From a virus: 64,000 nucleotides of DNA. The translations under genes were made by a program, and so were the position numbers. The notes beneath the pieces were generated by a model that was not told where the DNA came from, did not search any database, and was given only the letters and a program-made list of their open reading frames with translations. Location: positions 1 to 64,000 of IMG/VR virus record IMGVR_UViG_3300024289_000019; one strand, written 5' to 3'. Shown one piece after another: positions 63,726 to 64,000 of this stretch (the first letter of the stretch is position 1; the number at the start of each line of letters is the position of its first letter).

Positions 63726-63956
63726 ATGATTGCTCAAGAAAACAAAGTAAACAAGTTAATTAAAAACTTTAAAACAGATTACCAAGAAGCATTTTGGGAC
63801 GGGTATACACTTGTAGTGTGGAAACGTGATCCTTCTGGCTTTTCAAATAAACGTGGAATGTTTAGAAATGAAACTTGGGGCTTAACAACTAGATTTAATA
63901 TGACAGACGGCGGAGTTTGGGATTTGCCTGAGCGTTATGTCAAATATATTAAATGA
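63726..63956 (+). CDS. hypothetical protein
   Basis: 76 aa; FWDGYT...W...GF....G.F....WG. Confidence 0.6.
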   Translation: MIAQENKVNKLIKNFKTDYQEAFWDGYTLVVWKRDPSGFSNKRGMFRNETWGLTTRFNMTDGGVWDLPERYVKYIK

Positions 63957-64000
63957 TCTAGGCGTAGACTCAGATGATTTTGAATGGTGGCATCTAGCGG
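63937..64000 (+). CDS. 5' end of a truncated gene, possibly a WhiB-family regulator
   Basis: MSNILNDLGVDSDDFEWWHLA runs off the window; W..LA could precede the first Cys of a WhiB, but no Cys is visible. Confidence 0.3.
   Translation, partial: MSNILNDLGVDSDDFEWWHLA

Noticed and set aside
1-64000. Stop-codon reassignment
   Set aside because: Genes tile densely under code 11, with TAA, TAG and TGA all used as true stops; no suppressor tRNA

Overview
This window is about 64 kb of an AT-rich tailed (siphovirus-type) bacteriophage genome, with essentially every gene on the + strand. In order it carries: (1) an accessory operon with a U32-family Fe-S protein fused to a SAM methyltransferase and a DUF401-like membrane protein; (2) a duplicated cassette of Gly-rich, LamG, PASTA and FN3 virion-accessory genes; (3) the head operon (portal, prohead protease with a nested scaffold, major capsid); (4) tail genes, including a -1 frameshifted chaperone, a 2087-aa tape measure and large fibres; (5) replication and recombination genes (DnaB, DnaG, SSB, pyrimidine-dimer glycosylase, DnaE, MazG, RecA, resolvase, Cas4-like nuclease, RuvC); (6) terminase genes, far from the portal; (7) three tRNAs, Hsp20, a 2OG-Fe(II) oxygenase, a PA14 surface protein and a CHAP lysis cassette. 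The gene set suggests a low-GC actinobacterial host, possibly freshwater; this is inference. The most notable items are the U32-methyltransferase/DUF401 operon next to His/Cys/Met-rich polyglycine proteins, three structured RNA elements around 58.4-59.2 kb (including a ROSE-like thermometer on Hsp20), inverted repeats embedded in many promoters, and motif-delimited candidate cargo segments in the tape measure. All protein calls come from motif recognition by eye, not from database searches.
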